The notes beneath the pieces are model-generated. The model did no database searches, was not told where the DNA came from, and saw nothing but the letters and a program-made list of their open reading frames with translations. 64,000 nt of DNA from Aquabacterium sp. (GTDB lineage Bacteria > Pseudomonadota > Gammaproteobacteria > Burkholderiales > Burkholderiaceae_C), in assembly GCA_049840915.1 (NCBI GenBank), contig JASGJC010000059.1, positions 32,195 to 96,194 of the forward strand. The letters run 5' to 3'. Of this stretch, positions 51,513 to 62,967 are shown piece by piece; within the stretch, counting starts at the first letter, position 1, and each line of letters begins with the position of its first letter. Both the position numbers and the translations under genes were made by a program.

Positions 51513-52421
51513 TCAGCCACGCGGATGATGCCTGGCATGCAGTTGCCGCAAACGCTCGCGCGCCACGTGCGTGTAGACCTGCGTGGTCGAGATGTCCGCA
51601 TGGCCCAGCAGCATCTGCACCACGCGCAAGTCGGCGCCATGGTTCAGCAAATGCGTGGCAAAGGCGTGCCGCAGGGTGTGCGGTGACAAAGGCTGTGTGA
51701 TGCCTGCCAACAGCGCGTACTTCTTGATGAGCTTCCAGAACATCTGCCGGGTCATGGAGCCGCCACGCCCCGTCACGAACAAAGCATCGCTGACCTGGCT
51801 GCCCAGGATCATGGGACGGCCTTGCGACAGATAGCGCTGTAACCATTCGCCCGCCTCGGCACCGAACGGCACCAGGCGCTCCTTGCTGCCCTTGCCCATG
51901 ATGCGCAGCACGCCCTCGTTGAGCCCGACATGAACCGATTTCAACTCGACCAGTTCGCTCACGCGCAAGCCGCTGGCGTACAGCAGCTCCAGCATCGCGC
52001 GGTCACGCAGGCCCAGTGATTCGTGGATGTCCGGCGCATCCAGCAGGGCCTCGACCTGCGATTCGGTCAAGGTGCCGGGCACGCGCATGCGCTGCTTCGG
52101 CGCGTCCATGCGCACGGTCGGGTCGGCCTGGCACAGCCCTTCGCGCACGGCCCAACGGTAAAAGCGCCTGAACACGCTCAGGCGCCGCCCGACCGACGAT
52201 GGCCGCGAACCCGCATGACGCTCGTTCGCGTAGCCCTGCAGATCCTGCTCCGTGGCGTTGACCAAGGTGCGCCCGGACCGCAACTGGCTCAGCCAGCCAG
52301 ACAAGCCCTGCAGATCACGGCGGTAAGCGGCCAGCGTGTTCGCACTCAGCCCATCCTCGAGCCAAAGCGCGTCAACGAAACGGTCAAGGTCCGGATCAAT
52401 GGCCGCTTCAGACACCGCCAC
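51513..52421 (-). CDS. xerD: Tyrosine recombinase XerD
   Basis: [52 protein letters not shown]. Confidence 0.95.
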   Translation of the reverse strand: MAVSEAAIDPDLDRFVDALWLEDGLSANTLAAYRRDLQGLSGWLSQLRSGRTLVNATEQDLQGYANERHAGSRPSSVGRRLSVFRRFYRWAVREGLCQADPTVRMDAPKQRMRVPGTLTESQVEALLDAPDIHESLGLRDRAMLELLYASGLRVSELVELKSVHVGLNEGVLRIMGKGSKERLVPFGAEAGEWLQRYLSQGRPMILGSQVSDALFVTGRGGSMTRQMFWKLIKKYALLAGITQPLSPHTLRHAFATHLLNHGADLRVVQMLLGHADISTTQVYTHVARERLRQLHARHHPRG

Positions 52422-53046
52422 GCAGCAGGCCTTCCTTCATGCGACGGTCCACCGGGTGATCGCCCACGAAGATCTTCAGCACCGAGCGGTAAAGATCATC
52501 GCCCGCGACCGGCGTGCCGACGGCCTTGTCGTTGTAGCGCAGGCTGACGCCCTTGTCGGGGATGAAATCGAGGTCGACCGTGTCGCCAGGCTGCAGGTCG
52601 CCCAGGCTGTCGATCTGCGCACTCAGGCTCGGCAAGCGATCGGCCAGCTTGGCGCGCACGGCGTCGGGCTCGTGGTCTTCGATGCGCCCGATCAATGACT
52701 TGGTCAGCTCATGACTGGGCGCATTGAGCATGATCTTCAAGCGGATGCGCTTGGGCCCTTGCATGGCCAGCACTTGCGAAGCATCCTTCGAGGGCGCGGC
52801 CAGATACAACCCCGCCACGAAGGCCTTGACCCAGGCCACGCCGCGCAAACCCAGGCCATTGAGGCGCAAAGTGCGGTCCGACAGGACCATCGTGTCGTCG
52901 AAACGCTGGCCTTCCAGCGTCGCGGCCTGCGCCTCGCCGGCCATGCCGCCGACCGCGGTCAGGCTCAAGGTGCTCGCCAACGCCGCCCAAACGGCCATGG
53001 CCCCTATCCGGCGTGTCGCGCGCATCAACCAATGTCGTGAATACAT
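52408..53046 (-). CDS. Chalcone-isomerase-like periplasmic protein; start uncertain
   Basis: LNGLGLR, VAGLYL, IFVGDHPVD..K..LL. Confidence 0.85.
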   Translation of the reverse strand: MYSRHWLMRATRRIGAMAVWAALASTLSLTAVGGMAGEAQAATLEGQRFDDTMVLSDRTLRLNGLGLRGVAWVKAFVAGLYLAAPSKDASQVLAMQGPKRIRLKIMLNAPSHELTKSLIGRIEDHEPDAVRAKLADRLPSLSAQIDSLGDLQPGDTVDLDFIPDKGVSLRYNDKAVGTPVAGDDLYRSVLKIFVGDHPVDRRMKEGLLRGGV

Positions 53047-53171
53047 CCCATCTCCGTCAGCACCGCAACCGCGGTACGAGGATATTGAACGCATTCAGCG
53101 ACCTTGTGGCTGACAGGGTGAACAAGCTTGATCGGGCTGTAGTGACTTGCCCGGCCTCGCTTGCCCCCCAG

Positions 53172-53217
53172 AAAAAAACCTGCAGTGTCCAGGACCGAAG
53201 TCCGGACCCCCTGCAGG
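53172..53217 (-). terminator. Putative terminator after the 53253-53930 gene
   Basis: CCTGCAG...CTGCAGG stem with T-run on the minus strand. Confidence 0.55.
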
Positions 53218-53252
53218 CCAACATGGAGAGAGAGAAAAGAGCGGTGCCGTGC

Positions 53253-53930
53253 TTACGGTGCCGGCACGTAGGGCTTGGCGGACACGGGCTTGGCGCGCAG
53301 CTTGACGGCGATGTCTTGCGTCAGGGTGCCGAAGTCGACGGTATCCAGAACGCCGCGGATCGCCTTCGGCAGAACCAGGGCAGCCATGAACGAGTCCTTG
53401 GTCTCTTCCGTCAGGAACAGCTGGTCCAGCACTTCATGACCCGTGATCTTCAGTGGGAACTGGTACTTGATGCCCAGCGGGGTCTGTGTGTGAAAGTTGT
53501 AGATGGCCTGCTGCGTCGAGGTCGTGCCGCCCTTGGGCGTGACGTCGGCCAGCACTTGCTTGGTCACGTAATTGATCGTGAAGTTGGCCAGCGTCAGGGC
53601 CACGGTGTTGCCGCGGTACACGCGGGAGAACTCCAGCGCGGTGCCCTTGGCGTCGCCCTTGGCGATCTTCAGGCCGGCACCGATCGTGATCGTCGTGATG
53701 GGCAGGCGGAAAGCGGCATCGACACCCGTCACGGCCGTGGCGTTACCCAGCGGGGTCACCGTCACGGATTGCGCCGCGAATGCGTCGATGGCGTCAGACG
53801 AGAACGCCTGCACCGAATCGGCTACCAGGCCGTTGACAGGAATGGTCAGATCCGCATGGGCGGACGCACCGGCGGCGAGCAAAGCCGCGGCGATGGTGAA
53901 CGAACGGAATGACAGCGAGGAAATCTGCAT
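53253..53930 (-). CDS. Secreted beta-rich protein, unanchored paralog of 44004-44768
   Basis: AGGAG RBS, signal peptide AHA|DL; shared F.LPIT, TLANF..Y...VLAD.T, DFGT motifs. Confidence 0.85.
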   Translation of the reverse strand: MQISSLSFRSFTIAAALLAAGASAHADLTIPVNGLVADSVQAFSSDAIDAFAAQSVTVTPLGNATAVTGVDAAFRLPITTITIGAGLKIAKGDAKGTALEFSRVYRGNTVALTLANFTINYVTKQVLADVTPKGGTTSTQQAIYNFHTQTPLGIKYQFPLKITGHEVLDQLFLTEETKDSFMAALVLPKAIRGVLDTVDFGTLTQDIAVKLRAKPVSAKPYVPAP

Positions 53931-54189
53931 CTCGGGCTCCTAGTAAGTAATGGGGACTTGCTTTGTGTAAAGCAATCTCAATGCGAAGAGGATGTTGCCC
54001 GAGTGGCATTTTTTAAACCCCACCCGTTCAGGGGGGCTTAGACGTGATTTTTCCTCCAAAACCCCATGAATCCAGGGTAAACCCAGCGCGCAAATGCTTC
54101 AACCCGAATAGGGATTACACCAATCATTGGTCAAACAGACATAACCATTTAAGGTTAATCGTTGAGGTATTTGAAGGATGGTCGAAGGC

Positions 54190-54927
54190 TTAGAACTCGC
54201 CACTGTTGTAGGCCCGACGGACCTCTTCCAGACTCTGCTCCAGCTTCGCCGGCGTGCGGTCGGCCGGGTTGGTCTTGGCCTGCCACTCGCCGAACGCCGT
54301 GGCCTGACGGCGCTTCAACTCGGTTTGCCGGGTCTTGGCCGCCGTGGCCTGCTCGTCGTCCGTCATGGACCAGATCGCGTTGAGCTTGGCCTGCTGTTCT
54401 TCCATGCGCTGCGCGCGCTTGGCCTCGTCTGGCTCGATGTCCGCGAACAGCACGGCGCTCATGAGGTTGGCCTCGATGGGCGTGAACTCGCCCGTGCCGA
54501 GACGTTCAGGCAACTCGGCCAGGAGCGCCTGCGCCATGCGCTGGCGCCGTTTGGCGTCCTTGGTTTCGTCCAGCGTCTGCCAGGTCTCGAAGTTGTGCTG
54601 GTAGCGCAGATAGCCGACGATGCGCTCCCCTTCGCCCTTGGGCGCGCCGATCTTGCCCAGCGCGGCATTGAGCGCGGCCCAATCCTCGGAGTGGACATCG
54701 GACGGGCGGCCATCCTGCAGCACGGGCGGCTTCAGCACGGCGGTCGGGTCTTCGTTGCCGATGGACGCCTGAGGCCAGCCCGGCAACCCTTGCTTGTTGG
54801 CCAGCACGACGCCACTGTGCGCCTCGCCATCCTGATGCGTCCACCAATAGGCGGCGCCCGCGCCCCCAGCCACCACCAGGGCCAGCACCACCATTTGCCA
54901 GGATTTGGATCGTTGATAAGTGATCAT
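54190..54927 (-). CDS. Membrane-anchored helical protein, PlcR/foldase-like (tentative)
   Basis: N-terminal TM, linker, helical ALLAELPERL..GE.T..EA.L and KRRQ...LEEVRRAY. Confidence 0.5.
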   Translation of the reverse strand: MITYQRSKSWQMVVLALVVAGGAGAAYWWTHQDGEAHSGVVLANKQGLPGWPQASIGNEDPTAVLKPPVLQDGRPSDVHSEDWAALNAALGKIGAPKGEGERIVGYLRYQHNFETWQTLDETKDAKRRQRMAQALLAELPERLGTGEFTPIEANLMSAVLFADIEPDEAKRAQRMEEQQAKLNAIWSMTDDEQATAAKTRQTELKRRQATAFGEWQAKTNPADRTPAKLEQSLEEVRRAYNSGEF

Positions 54928-55156
54928 GAACTAAAGACCTCTGTGACCTGACTTTGGACCATCCGGGAGTCTGCCCCAATCTAAGCGCCTGATGATGCAA
55001 GCATCAGTTTCAGTCGGCAAAAAAAAACCTGGAAACGCTTGCCACGGAGAGATGGCAATGTTTGCAGGAATCAGGAGCGAGCCCCTCGCAGGACCCCACT
55101 TGGATCGAGGCCAGACAGCGGACTACCCGGCCTCGGGAACTCGAATCAACGCCCGA

Positions 55157-55824
55157 TCAGGGAGCGGGTGTGTAAGGCGTGGTCGACACGGCCTTGGGGC
55201 GTGCCTTGACGTCGATGTCTGCGTCAGCGTGCCGAACGAAGTGATGGAGTCCAGAGCGCTCGTCAGAACAGGCGTCAATGCCAGGGCGGACACCATCGTG
55301 TCGTGCATTTCAGGCGTCAGCGTCAGTTGGTCCAGCACTTCATGGCCCGTGATCTTCAGGGGGAACTGGTCTGATGCCCAGGGCGTGGCCGTGTGGAAAT
55401 TGTACGAGGCGCCTGCTTCGCGGTCGTGCCATGCAGGGGCGTGGTGTCGGCCAGCACTTGCTTGGTGTCGTAGTTGATGGTGAGTTGGCCACGGTCACGG
55501 CGTACTTCACGTTACGGTAGGTACGGGCGATTTCGAGCGCCGAACCCTTGGCGTCACCGCTGGCGATCTTCAGCGAGTTGCTGATCGTGATCGAAGTGAT
55601 GGAGCTGAATGCGCCAGTCGCGCCAGCCACGGCTGTGGCATTGCCCAGGGGCGTCACGACCACGCCGCCAACGTTGAAGGCGTCCAGGGACTTTGCGAGA
55701 AAGCTTGAACCGAGTTGGCGACCAGGCCGTTGGCGGGGATGGTCAGGGCGTTGGCGGAAGCGCCGGCAGCGGCCAAGGTAGCGGCCAGAGCGATAGAGCG
55801 GAAAGACACGGTGGAAAACTGCAT
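55157..55824 (-). pseudogene. Multiply frameshifted paralog of 53253-53930
   Basis: MQFSTVSFRS...LTIPANGLVANSVQAFS, VTPLGNATAV, GDAKGSALE and ...PYTPAP* recovered only by switching frames several times. Confidence 0.85.
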
Positions 55825-56165
55825 TTGGTGGGCTCCTTAGGCGGGGTTGCTTGCGTTAATCGCAAAGCGGTGTTGATGTGGTATCTATCGTGCCGAGACT
55901 GTCGCTTTCTCGCCCCCCTTGATTGGGGGGTGAAGGGGTGCTGAAACCACGTCAAACACCACCCGTTCAGGGTAACCCTGGAGTGAAAAAATACCTACCC
56001 CATTAGGGGTTCTACCATCACCCTGTTTTGGAGTGTTTTTCGCGACAAGCCTTTGTCTTCGAGGAGACAGATCCACTCAAGCCATCACCACCCCCCTGAA
56101 TCAATGCCACCCGAATCGGTTATCCGCTTCATGATGACTGGCGACCTGAACATGGCCCACCAAAC

Positions 56166-56198
56166 GAAAAAGCCGCCGGGCTTGCACCTCGGCGGCTT
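56166..56198 (-). terminator. Terminator after ilvC
   Basis: AAGCCGCCG...CGGCGGCTT stem with T-run on the minus strand. Confidence 0.8.
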
Positions 56199-56240
56199 CC
56201 GATCTGCGCGCGATGCCAGCCCGAAGGCCGGCAACAGGCA

Positions 56241-57293
<1,053 letters not shown>

Positions 57294-57336
57294 TCAGTCA
57301 GAAACAAGCGGGAAAGAGAGACGGCGGTGAGCCAGC

Positions 57337-57828
57337 TCAGACGCGCAGGATGCGCTCGCCGCGCCCGATCCCGCTGGTCCCGGTGCGCACGGTTTCAAGG
57401 ATGGCGGCGCGGTCGATGGCCTCGATGAAGGCATCGAGCTTGGCAGCGTCGCCGGTCAGTTCAATGGTGTAGGTCTTGTCGGTCACGTCGACGATGCGGC
57501 CGCGAAAGATGTCCGCCATGCGCTTCATCTCGTCGCGCTCCTTGCCCACGGCGCGCACTTTGATGAGCATCAGCTCGCGCTCGGTGTAAGGGCCTTCGGA
57601 GAGGTCGACCACCTTCACGACCTCGATGAGGCGGTTGAGGTGCTTGGTGATCTGCTCGATCACGTCGTCGGAACCCGTGGTCACGATGGTCATGCGCGAC
57701 AGCGAAGGGTCTTCGGTCGTGGCGACCGTCAGGCTTTCGATGTTGTAGCCGCGGGCGGAGAACAGGCCCACGACGCGCGACAGCGCACCGGCTTCGTTCT
57801 CGACCAGGAGGGCAATGATGTGCTTCAT
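57337..57828 (-). CDS. ilvH: Acetolactate synthase small subunit
   Basis: ENEAGALSRVVGLFSARGYNIESL ACT domain. Confidence 0.95.
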   Translation of the reverse strand: MKHIIALLVENEAGALSRVVGLFSARGYNIESLTVATTEDPSLSRMTIVTTGSDDVIEQITKHLNRLIEVVKVVDLSEGPYTERELMLIKVRAVGKERDEMKRMADIFRGRIVDVTDKTYTIELTGDAAKLDAFIEAIDRAAILETVRTGTSGIGRGERILRV

Positions 57829-58020
57829 ATTGGATCGTCCTTGCGGGCTCTTTGGCCAGAGGGCGGTAACCCCAGGGCCGTGGCCACGTAGTGCGATGGG
57901 TATCGGTTGTGTGCCACCCCGATCGAATCGTCAGGGACGTCACCCAGGCACCGGCAAGCACCTGGCTGCGCCCTGCCCGCGTCGACCGGGCATGGTCAAT
58001 GTGTGCGGATCAGAGGCTAA

Positions 58021-59814
58021 TCACAAATCCTCGGAGCCCAGCAGCATCTCGGAGATGCCCTTGCCTGCCTGAACCATCGGCCAGACGTTTTCCGTCGGGT
58101 CGGTGCGGATGTCCAGGAAGACCGAGCGATCCTTGAGTTTGATGGCCTCGCGCAGCGCGCCTTCGACGTCGCCAGGGCGCTCGATCAGCATGCCGATGTG
58201 GCCATAGGCCTCGGCCAGCTTGACGAAGTCGGGCAGCGCGTCCATGTAGCTGTGCGAGTAGCGGCCGCCGTAATCGAGCTGCTGCCACTGGCGCACCATG
58301 CCCAGGTAGCGGTTGTTGAGCGAGAGCACCTTGACCGGCGTCTGGTACTGCAGACAGGTCGACAGCTCTTGAATGCACATCTGGATCGAGCCTTCGCCCG
58401 TGATGCAGAACACGTCGGCATCGGGCTTGGCCAGCTTGATGCCCATGGCGTAAGGCAGGCCCACGCCCATGGTGCCCAGGCCGCCGGAGTTGATCCAGCG
58501 GCGCGGCGCTTCGAACTTGCTGTACTGCGCGGCGAACATCTGGTGCTGGCCGACGTCGGACGTGACGTAGTAGTCGGTGCCGGCCGTGAGCTCGGCCAGC
58601 TTCTCGACCACGTACTGAGGCTTGATCACCTCGTCCGAGGTCTTGTACTTCAGGCAGTCACGCTTCTTCCACTCGTTGACCTGCTCCCACCACTTGCCCA
58701 GGGCATTCTGGTCAGGCTTGATCGACGACTCCTTGATCTGCGCGATCATCTCGATCAGCACGTCCTTGACGTCGCCCACGATGGGGATGTCGACCTTGAC
58801 GCGCTTGGAGATCGACGAAGGGTCGATGTCGATGTGGATGATCTTGCGCTCGACCTGGGCGAAGTGCTTGGGGTTGCCGATCACGCGGTCGTCGAAGCGG
58901 GCGCCCACGGCGATCACCACATCGGCGTTCTGCATGGTCATGTTGGCTTCGTACGTGCCGTGCATGCCCAGCATGCCCAGGAAGGTCTTGTCGGACGCGG
59001 GGATCGCGCCCAGACCCATCAGCGTGCTGGTGCTGGGGTAGCCCAGCATGTCGACCAGTTCGCGCAGCTCCTTCGAGGCCTCGCCGAGGATCACGCCGCC
59101 GCCGGTATAGATGTACGGGCGCTTGGCGCTCAGCAGCAGTTGCACGGCCTTGCGGATCTGACCGCCGTGGCCCTTGCGCACCGGGTTGTACGAGCGCATT
59201 TCCACCGTCTCGGGGTAGTGGAAAGCGGTGGTCTTGAGCGACACGTCCTTCGGAATGTCGACCACGACGGGGCCAGGGCGGCCGGTGCGGGCGATGTGGA
59301 AGGCCTTCTTCATCGTGACGGCCAGGTCGGCCACGTCCTTGACGAGGAAGTTGTGCTTGACGATGGGGCGCGTGATGCCGACGGTGTCGCATTCCTGGAA
59401 GGCGTCCAGGCCGATCGCGGGCGTGGGCACCTGGCCGGTGATGATGACCATCGGGATCGAATCCATGTAGGCCGTGGCGATGCCGGTGATGGCATTGGTC
59501 ACGCCGGGGCCGGAGGTCACCAGGGCCACGCCGACGTCGCCCGTGGCGCGCGCGTAGCCGTCAGCGGCGTGGACGGCAGCCTGTTCGTGGCGTACCAGCA
59601 CGTGCTCGATGGTGTCCTGCTTGTAAAGGGCGTCGTAGATGTAGAGCACCGCACCGCCCGGGTAGCCCCACATGAACTTGACGCCTTCAGCCTGAAGGCA
59701 GCGCACGAGGATGTCGGACCCGTTGAGGATCTCGCCGGAGGGACTATTGGGGGATGACTGCGATTGCGCATCGGCCGTGCCGGCGCGTTTGATGTCTGCA
59801 GAAGACATGTCCAT
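58021..59814 (-). CDS. ilvI: Acetolactate synthase large subunit
   Basis: GYPGGAVL, RHEQ, TSGPG, GEGS...NN, MVRQWQ. Confidence 0.95.
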   Translation of the reverse strand: MDMSSADIKRAGTADAQSQSSPNSPSGEILNGSDILVRCLQAEGVKFMWGYPGGAVLYIYDALYKQDTIEHVLVRHEQAAVHAADGYARATGDVGVALVTSGPGVTNAITGIATAYMDSIPMVIITGQVPTPAIGLDAFQECDTVGITRPIVKHNFLVKDVADLAVTMKKAFHIARTGRPGPVVVDIPKDVSLKTTAFHYPETVEMRSYNPVRKGHGGQIRKAVQLLLSAKRPYIYTGGGVILGEASKELRELVDMLGYPSTSTLMGLGAIPASDKTFLGMLGMHGTYEANMTMQNADVVIAVGARFDDRVIGNPKHFAQVERKIIHIDIDPSSISKRVKVDIPIVGDVKDVLIEMIAQIKESSIKPDQNALGKWWEQVNEWKKRDCLKYKTSDEVIKPQYVVEKLAELTAGTDYYVTSDVGQHQMFAAQYSKFEAPRRWINSGGLGTMGVGLPYAMGIKLAKPDADVFCITGEGSIQMCIQELSTCLQYQTPVKVLSLNNRYLGMVRQWQQLDYGGRYSHSYMDALPDFVKLAEAYGHIGMLIERPGDVEGALREAIKLKDRSVFLDIRTDPTENVWPMVQAGKGISEMLLGSEDL

Positions 59815-60204
59815 GATTGAAAGAACCTTTCCGAATTTCTCTAACGAAAAACGATCGGTGCCCCTCTACATCGCCACAACTTTCTGGAGCTGCGACAACA
59901 GCACTGCGGCAACGGATTGCCAGCGTGCTCGCCCTTGTGAGGCGGATTTGGAGCCTGCGCGGCCTGCCACTGGTGCCCGCTTTGCGAGGTACGGCAACCA
60001 GATTCAGGCCAGATCGAGATGGCGCAAAGACGAACATTATCGCACTCATTGGCGTCAATTCAAGCAGACCCGGACGGTCGGATCAGCGACAGCGCTCGGC
60101 AATGCCATAATCCGCGGCGCGTAAATTTGTGTGGCGCCCCACGGCTTTGCCACGCGACCGCGACCCGACACCGGCCTCACGCCGGCACTTACAGCACCCT
60201 GGCC

Positions 60205-60789
60205 TTGACCGCTCTGCCCAGCCCCTCCTTCGAAGAAGAACTCAACGAGTTCCTCAAAAGCGTCGAGCGACGTGCGTTCAAACGCACGGTTTACGCCGTG
60301 CGTGACGAAGACGCGGCCCTGGACATCGTCCAGGACGCCATGATCCGCCTGACGCAGAGCTATGCTGATCGCCCCTCGAATGAGTGGCCCATGCTCTTCG
60401 CCCGCATCCTGTCGAACGCGACGCTGGACTACTTCCGGCGCCAGAAAGTTCGCAATGCGGTGTTCATGAACATCGGCGACCTGGAAGCCTCGGTGGGCGA
60501 CGACGACGGCGATTTCGACCTGCTGGCGTCCCTGCGGACCGATGAATCCGGCACGGAAGGTGCTGACGACACGGCCGGGCGCGCGGAAATGCTGAGCCAG
60601 ATCGAAGAAGAAATCAGCAAACTGCCAACACGTCAACGGGAAGCGTTCCTGCTGCGTTACTGGGAGGAACTGGACGTGGCGGAGACCGCCGCGGCCATGG
60701 GTTGCTCGGAGGGCAGCGTGAAAACGCACTGCTCCCGCGCCGTCCAGTCTTTGGCCAAGGCTCTTCAATCACGCGGAATTACATTGTGA
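60205..60789 (+). CDS. ECF RNA polymerase sigma factor; start uncertain
   Basis: ALDIVQDAM, LPTRQREAFLLRYWEEL, GSVKTHCSRA. Confidence 0.9.
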   Translation: MTALPSPSFEEELNEFLKSVERRAFKRTVYAVRDEDAALDIVQDAMIRLTQSYADRPSNEWPMLFARILSNATLDYFRRQKVRNAVFMNIGDLEASVGDDDGDFDLLASLRTDESGTEGADDTAGRAEMLSQIEEEISKLPTRQREAFLLRYWEELDVAETAAAMGCSEGSVKTHCSRAVQSLAKALQSRGITL

Positions 60790-61433
60790 AAACCCGACCT
60801 ACCCACCCGCTGACGACAGCGCAACGCGAGGCCCTCGAAGCCCGCTTTGCCCTGCGCCTGAGCGCGCGCCTGGACCAGGGAGCGCAATCCGTTTCGCACG
60901 ACATCTCCGAGCGCCTGCGCGTGGCGCGCGAGCAGGCCATGCGCGCCGCCCGCGAAACCCGCACGGCCGTGGCGCCCGTGGTCGTCACGGCGCCTGTGGC
61001 CGTGGGCGTGGCGGGCTTGAGCGCCGCCGGCGCGGGTACGGGCGGTATCAGCACAGGTCGTATCAGCACAGGTCAGATGGGCGACTGGCGCAGCAGCCAT
61101 CAGGCCCGTGCGACCGGCCGTGGCAAGCGCCTGGATGACAACCCCACCTCCTGGGGGTGGCGCCTGGCCGCCGCGCTGCCCATCGTGGCGTTGGTCGCCG
61201 GCCTGTGGGGCATCCAGCGCTATTACCTGCACGAGCAGGTGCAGGCCGCCACCGAGGTCGACATGGCCCTGCTGACCGACGACTTGCCGCCCGCAGCCTA
61301 TTCGGACCCGGGCTTCGCCGAGTTCCTGCGCGACGACACGGGCCCGACCGTGCGCCCCATCGAGAACACGCCTCCCGAGGTCAGCGGCGATCTGCGGACC
61401 ACCGAAACCACACCGGCCAACAGCACCCCCTGA
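60786..61433 (+). CDS. DUF3619 putative anti-sigma membrane protein
   Basis: DISERLRVAREQA, TM segment, LLTDDLPPAAYSDPGF. Confidence 0.88.
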   Translation: MKTRPTHPLTTAQREALEARFALRLSARLDQGAQSVSHDISERLRVAREQAMRAARETRTAVAPVVVTAPVAVGVAGLSAAGAGTGGISTGRISTGQMGDWRSSHQARATGRGKRLDDNPTSWGWRLAAALPIVALVAGLWGIQRYYLHEQVQAATEVDMALLTDDLPPAAYSDPGFAEFLRDDTGPTVRPIENTPPEVSGDLRTTETTPANSTP

Positions 61434-61434
61434 C

Positions 61435-62283
61435 ATGACACAGCCCCGCCCCGCCCTCATGAGCGCACTGGCCTTGCTGACCGCAAGCCTGGTGGGTCTG
61501 GGGCATGGCGCGAGCCATGCGGCATCGCACGGCGTGATCCCCAAGGCGGCGGCAGCCAATTCCTCGAACGTGATCAGCCTGGATTCGTCACCGGAGTGGC
61601 ATGAATTGAACGCGAACCAGAAAAAGGTGCTGATGCCGCTGGCGCAGCACTGGTCGACCATGGACGAGCCCAGCCGCGCCAAATGGGTGAACCTCGCCGA
61701 TCGCTTCGACAAGCTCACGCCGGCCGAAAAGCAGCGTGTGCAGGACCGCATGACCCAATGGGCGAAGCTGCCCGCCCAGGAGCGCGGCGAAGCGCGCCTG
61801 CGCTTCCAGCAATCGCGCCAGTTGACCGCCGACCAGCGGCAGCAGAAGTGGGCCGCCTACCAGGCCCTGTCCGCCGAAGACCGGCAGGATCTGGCCCGCC
61901 AGGCTCAACGCAAGGCCAAGCCCGTGTTCCTGGCTGACGGCATCGCCGGGCCGCGCGAGGCCAAGCAGGCCTTCAGCAGCAAGCGCCCCGTGGTGTCCGA
62001 CGCCGCCAGAAAATCCAATGTGGTGCCCACGGCCCAGGCCACTGCCACACCAGCCCAGACGCTGGTGCGCCCGACCATGGTCAAGGCCGGCGCTGGCGCC
62101 ACCACCAGCCTGCTGACCCAACGGCCCACGCCGCCACAGCATCAGCAAACCGGTCTGCCCAAGATCGCGGCCACCAAAGGCTTCGTGGACCCGGTGACCT
62201 TGCTGCCGAAAAAGGGCGCGCAGAGCGCGGCCATGGCTTCGCTGCCGACCTCGTCCACGGGCGAGCAGGCGCGCGACCGCTGA
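61435..62283 (+). CDS. DUF3106 periplasmic protein
   Basis: Repeated W..L...Q helices; RM.QWA.L. Confidence 0.85.
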   Translation: MTQPRPALMSALALLTASLVGLGHGASHAASHGVIPKAAAANSSNVISLDSSPEWHELNANQKKVLMPLAQHWSTMDEPSRAKWVNLADRFDKLTPAEKQRVQDRMTQWAKLPAQERGEARLRFQQSRQLTADQRQQKWAAYQALSAEDRQDLARQAQRKAKPVFLADGIAGPREAKQAFSSKRPVVSDAARKSNVVPTAQATATPAQTLVRPTMVKAGAGATTSLLTQRPTPPQHQQTGLPKIAATKGFVDPVTLLPKKGAQSAAMASLPTSSTGEQARDR

Positions 62284-62349
62284 CACGCCTTCACATGTCC
62301 ACCTGGGCGACCAGACAGCGGCATGCCGAAGCTGGTGTATCGTTCGCAC

Positions 62350-62895
62350 ATGTCGGTTTCCACTGCCCTTGAGCCCATCGGGCCCAGCCTCGCCGAGTGC
62401 ATCGAACGCGCGCAGGGCCCCGCCCCGCATTTGCGCCGCCGCCTGGCCGCCTTCTTGTATGAAGGCGTGCTGCTGTTCGGTCTGGTCAATGTGACGGGCT
62501 GGTTCTATTCCATCAGCGTGCACCAGACGCATGCGCTCAACGGCCGCCACGGCATGATGGCGACCCAGTTCCTGGCGCTAGCGCTGTACTTCATGTGGTT
62601 TTGGACACACGGCGGCCAGACGCTGGCCATGAAGACCTGGCGCGTGAAGCTCGTGTCCGACAAAGGCCTGCCCCTCACGCTCACGCAGGCCTTGCAGCGT
62701 TATCTGTGCGCATGGCTCTGGTTCATGCCGCCGTGGGTGGCCGCCTGGCTGGCCGGATGGCACCAGTCCAAGCTGCTGTACGGCGCCATGGGCGTGTGGC
62801 TGCTCCTCTACACGGGCCTGACGTGGCTGCTGCCCCAAGGCCAGTTCCTGCACGACGCCATCTGCCGCACGCGCCTGATCGACACACGCCCTTGA
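62350..62895 (+). CDS. RDD family membrane protein
   Basis: RRLAAFLYE, GQTLAMKTWR, LHD. Confidence 0.9.
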   Translation: MSVSTALEPIGPSLAECIERAQGPAPHLRRRLAAFLYEGVLLFGLVNVTGWFYSISVHQTHALNGRHGMMATQFLALALYFMWFWTHGGQTLAMKTWRVKLVSDKGLPLTLTQALQRYLCAWLWFMPPWVAAWLAGWHQSKLLYGAMGVWLLLYTGLTWLLPQGQFLHDAICRTRLIDTRP

Positions 62896-62967
62896 ACCCA
62901 TGCTCAGGTGCGCCTTCGACCTCCTTTTTGAGCGACACTTTTGCCCCGCTTCGGGTACTTTTCAGCC

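Noticed and set aside
51513-52421. Second mobile-element integrase
   Set aside because: Canonical chromosomal XerD in core context
59815-60110. ilv leader peptide or attenuator
   Set aside because: No short ORF rich in Ile/Leu/Val with a terminator; looks like divergent promoters
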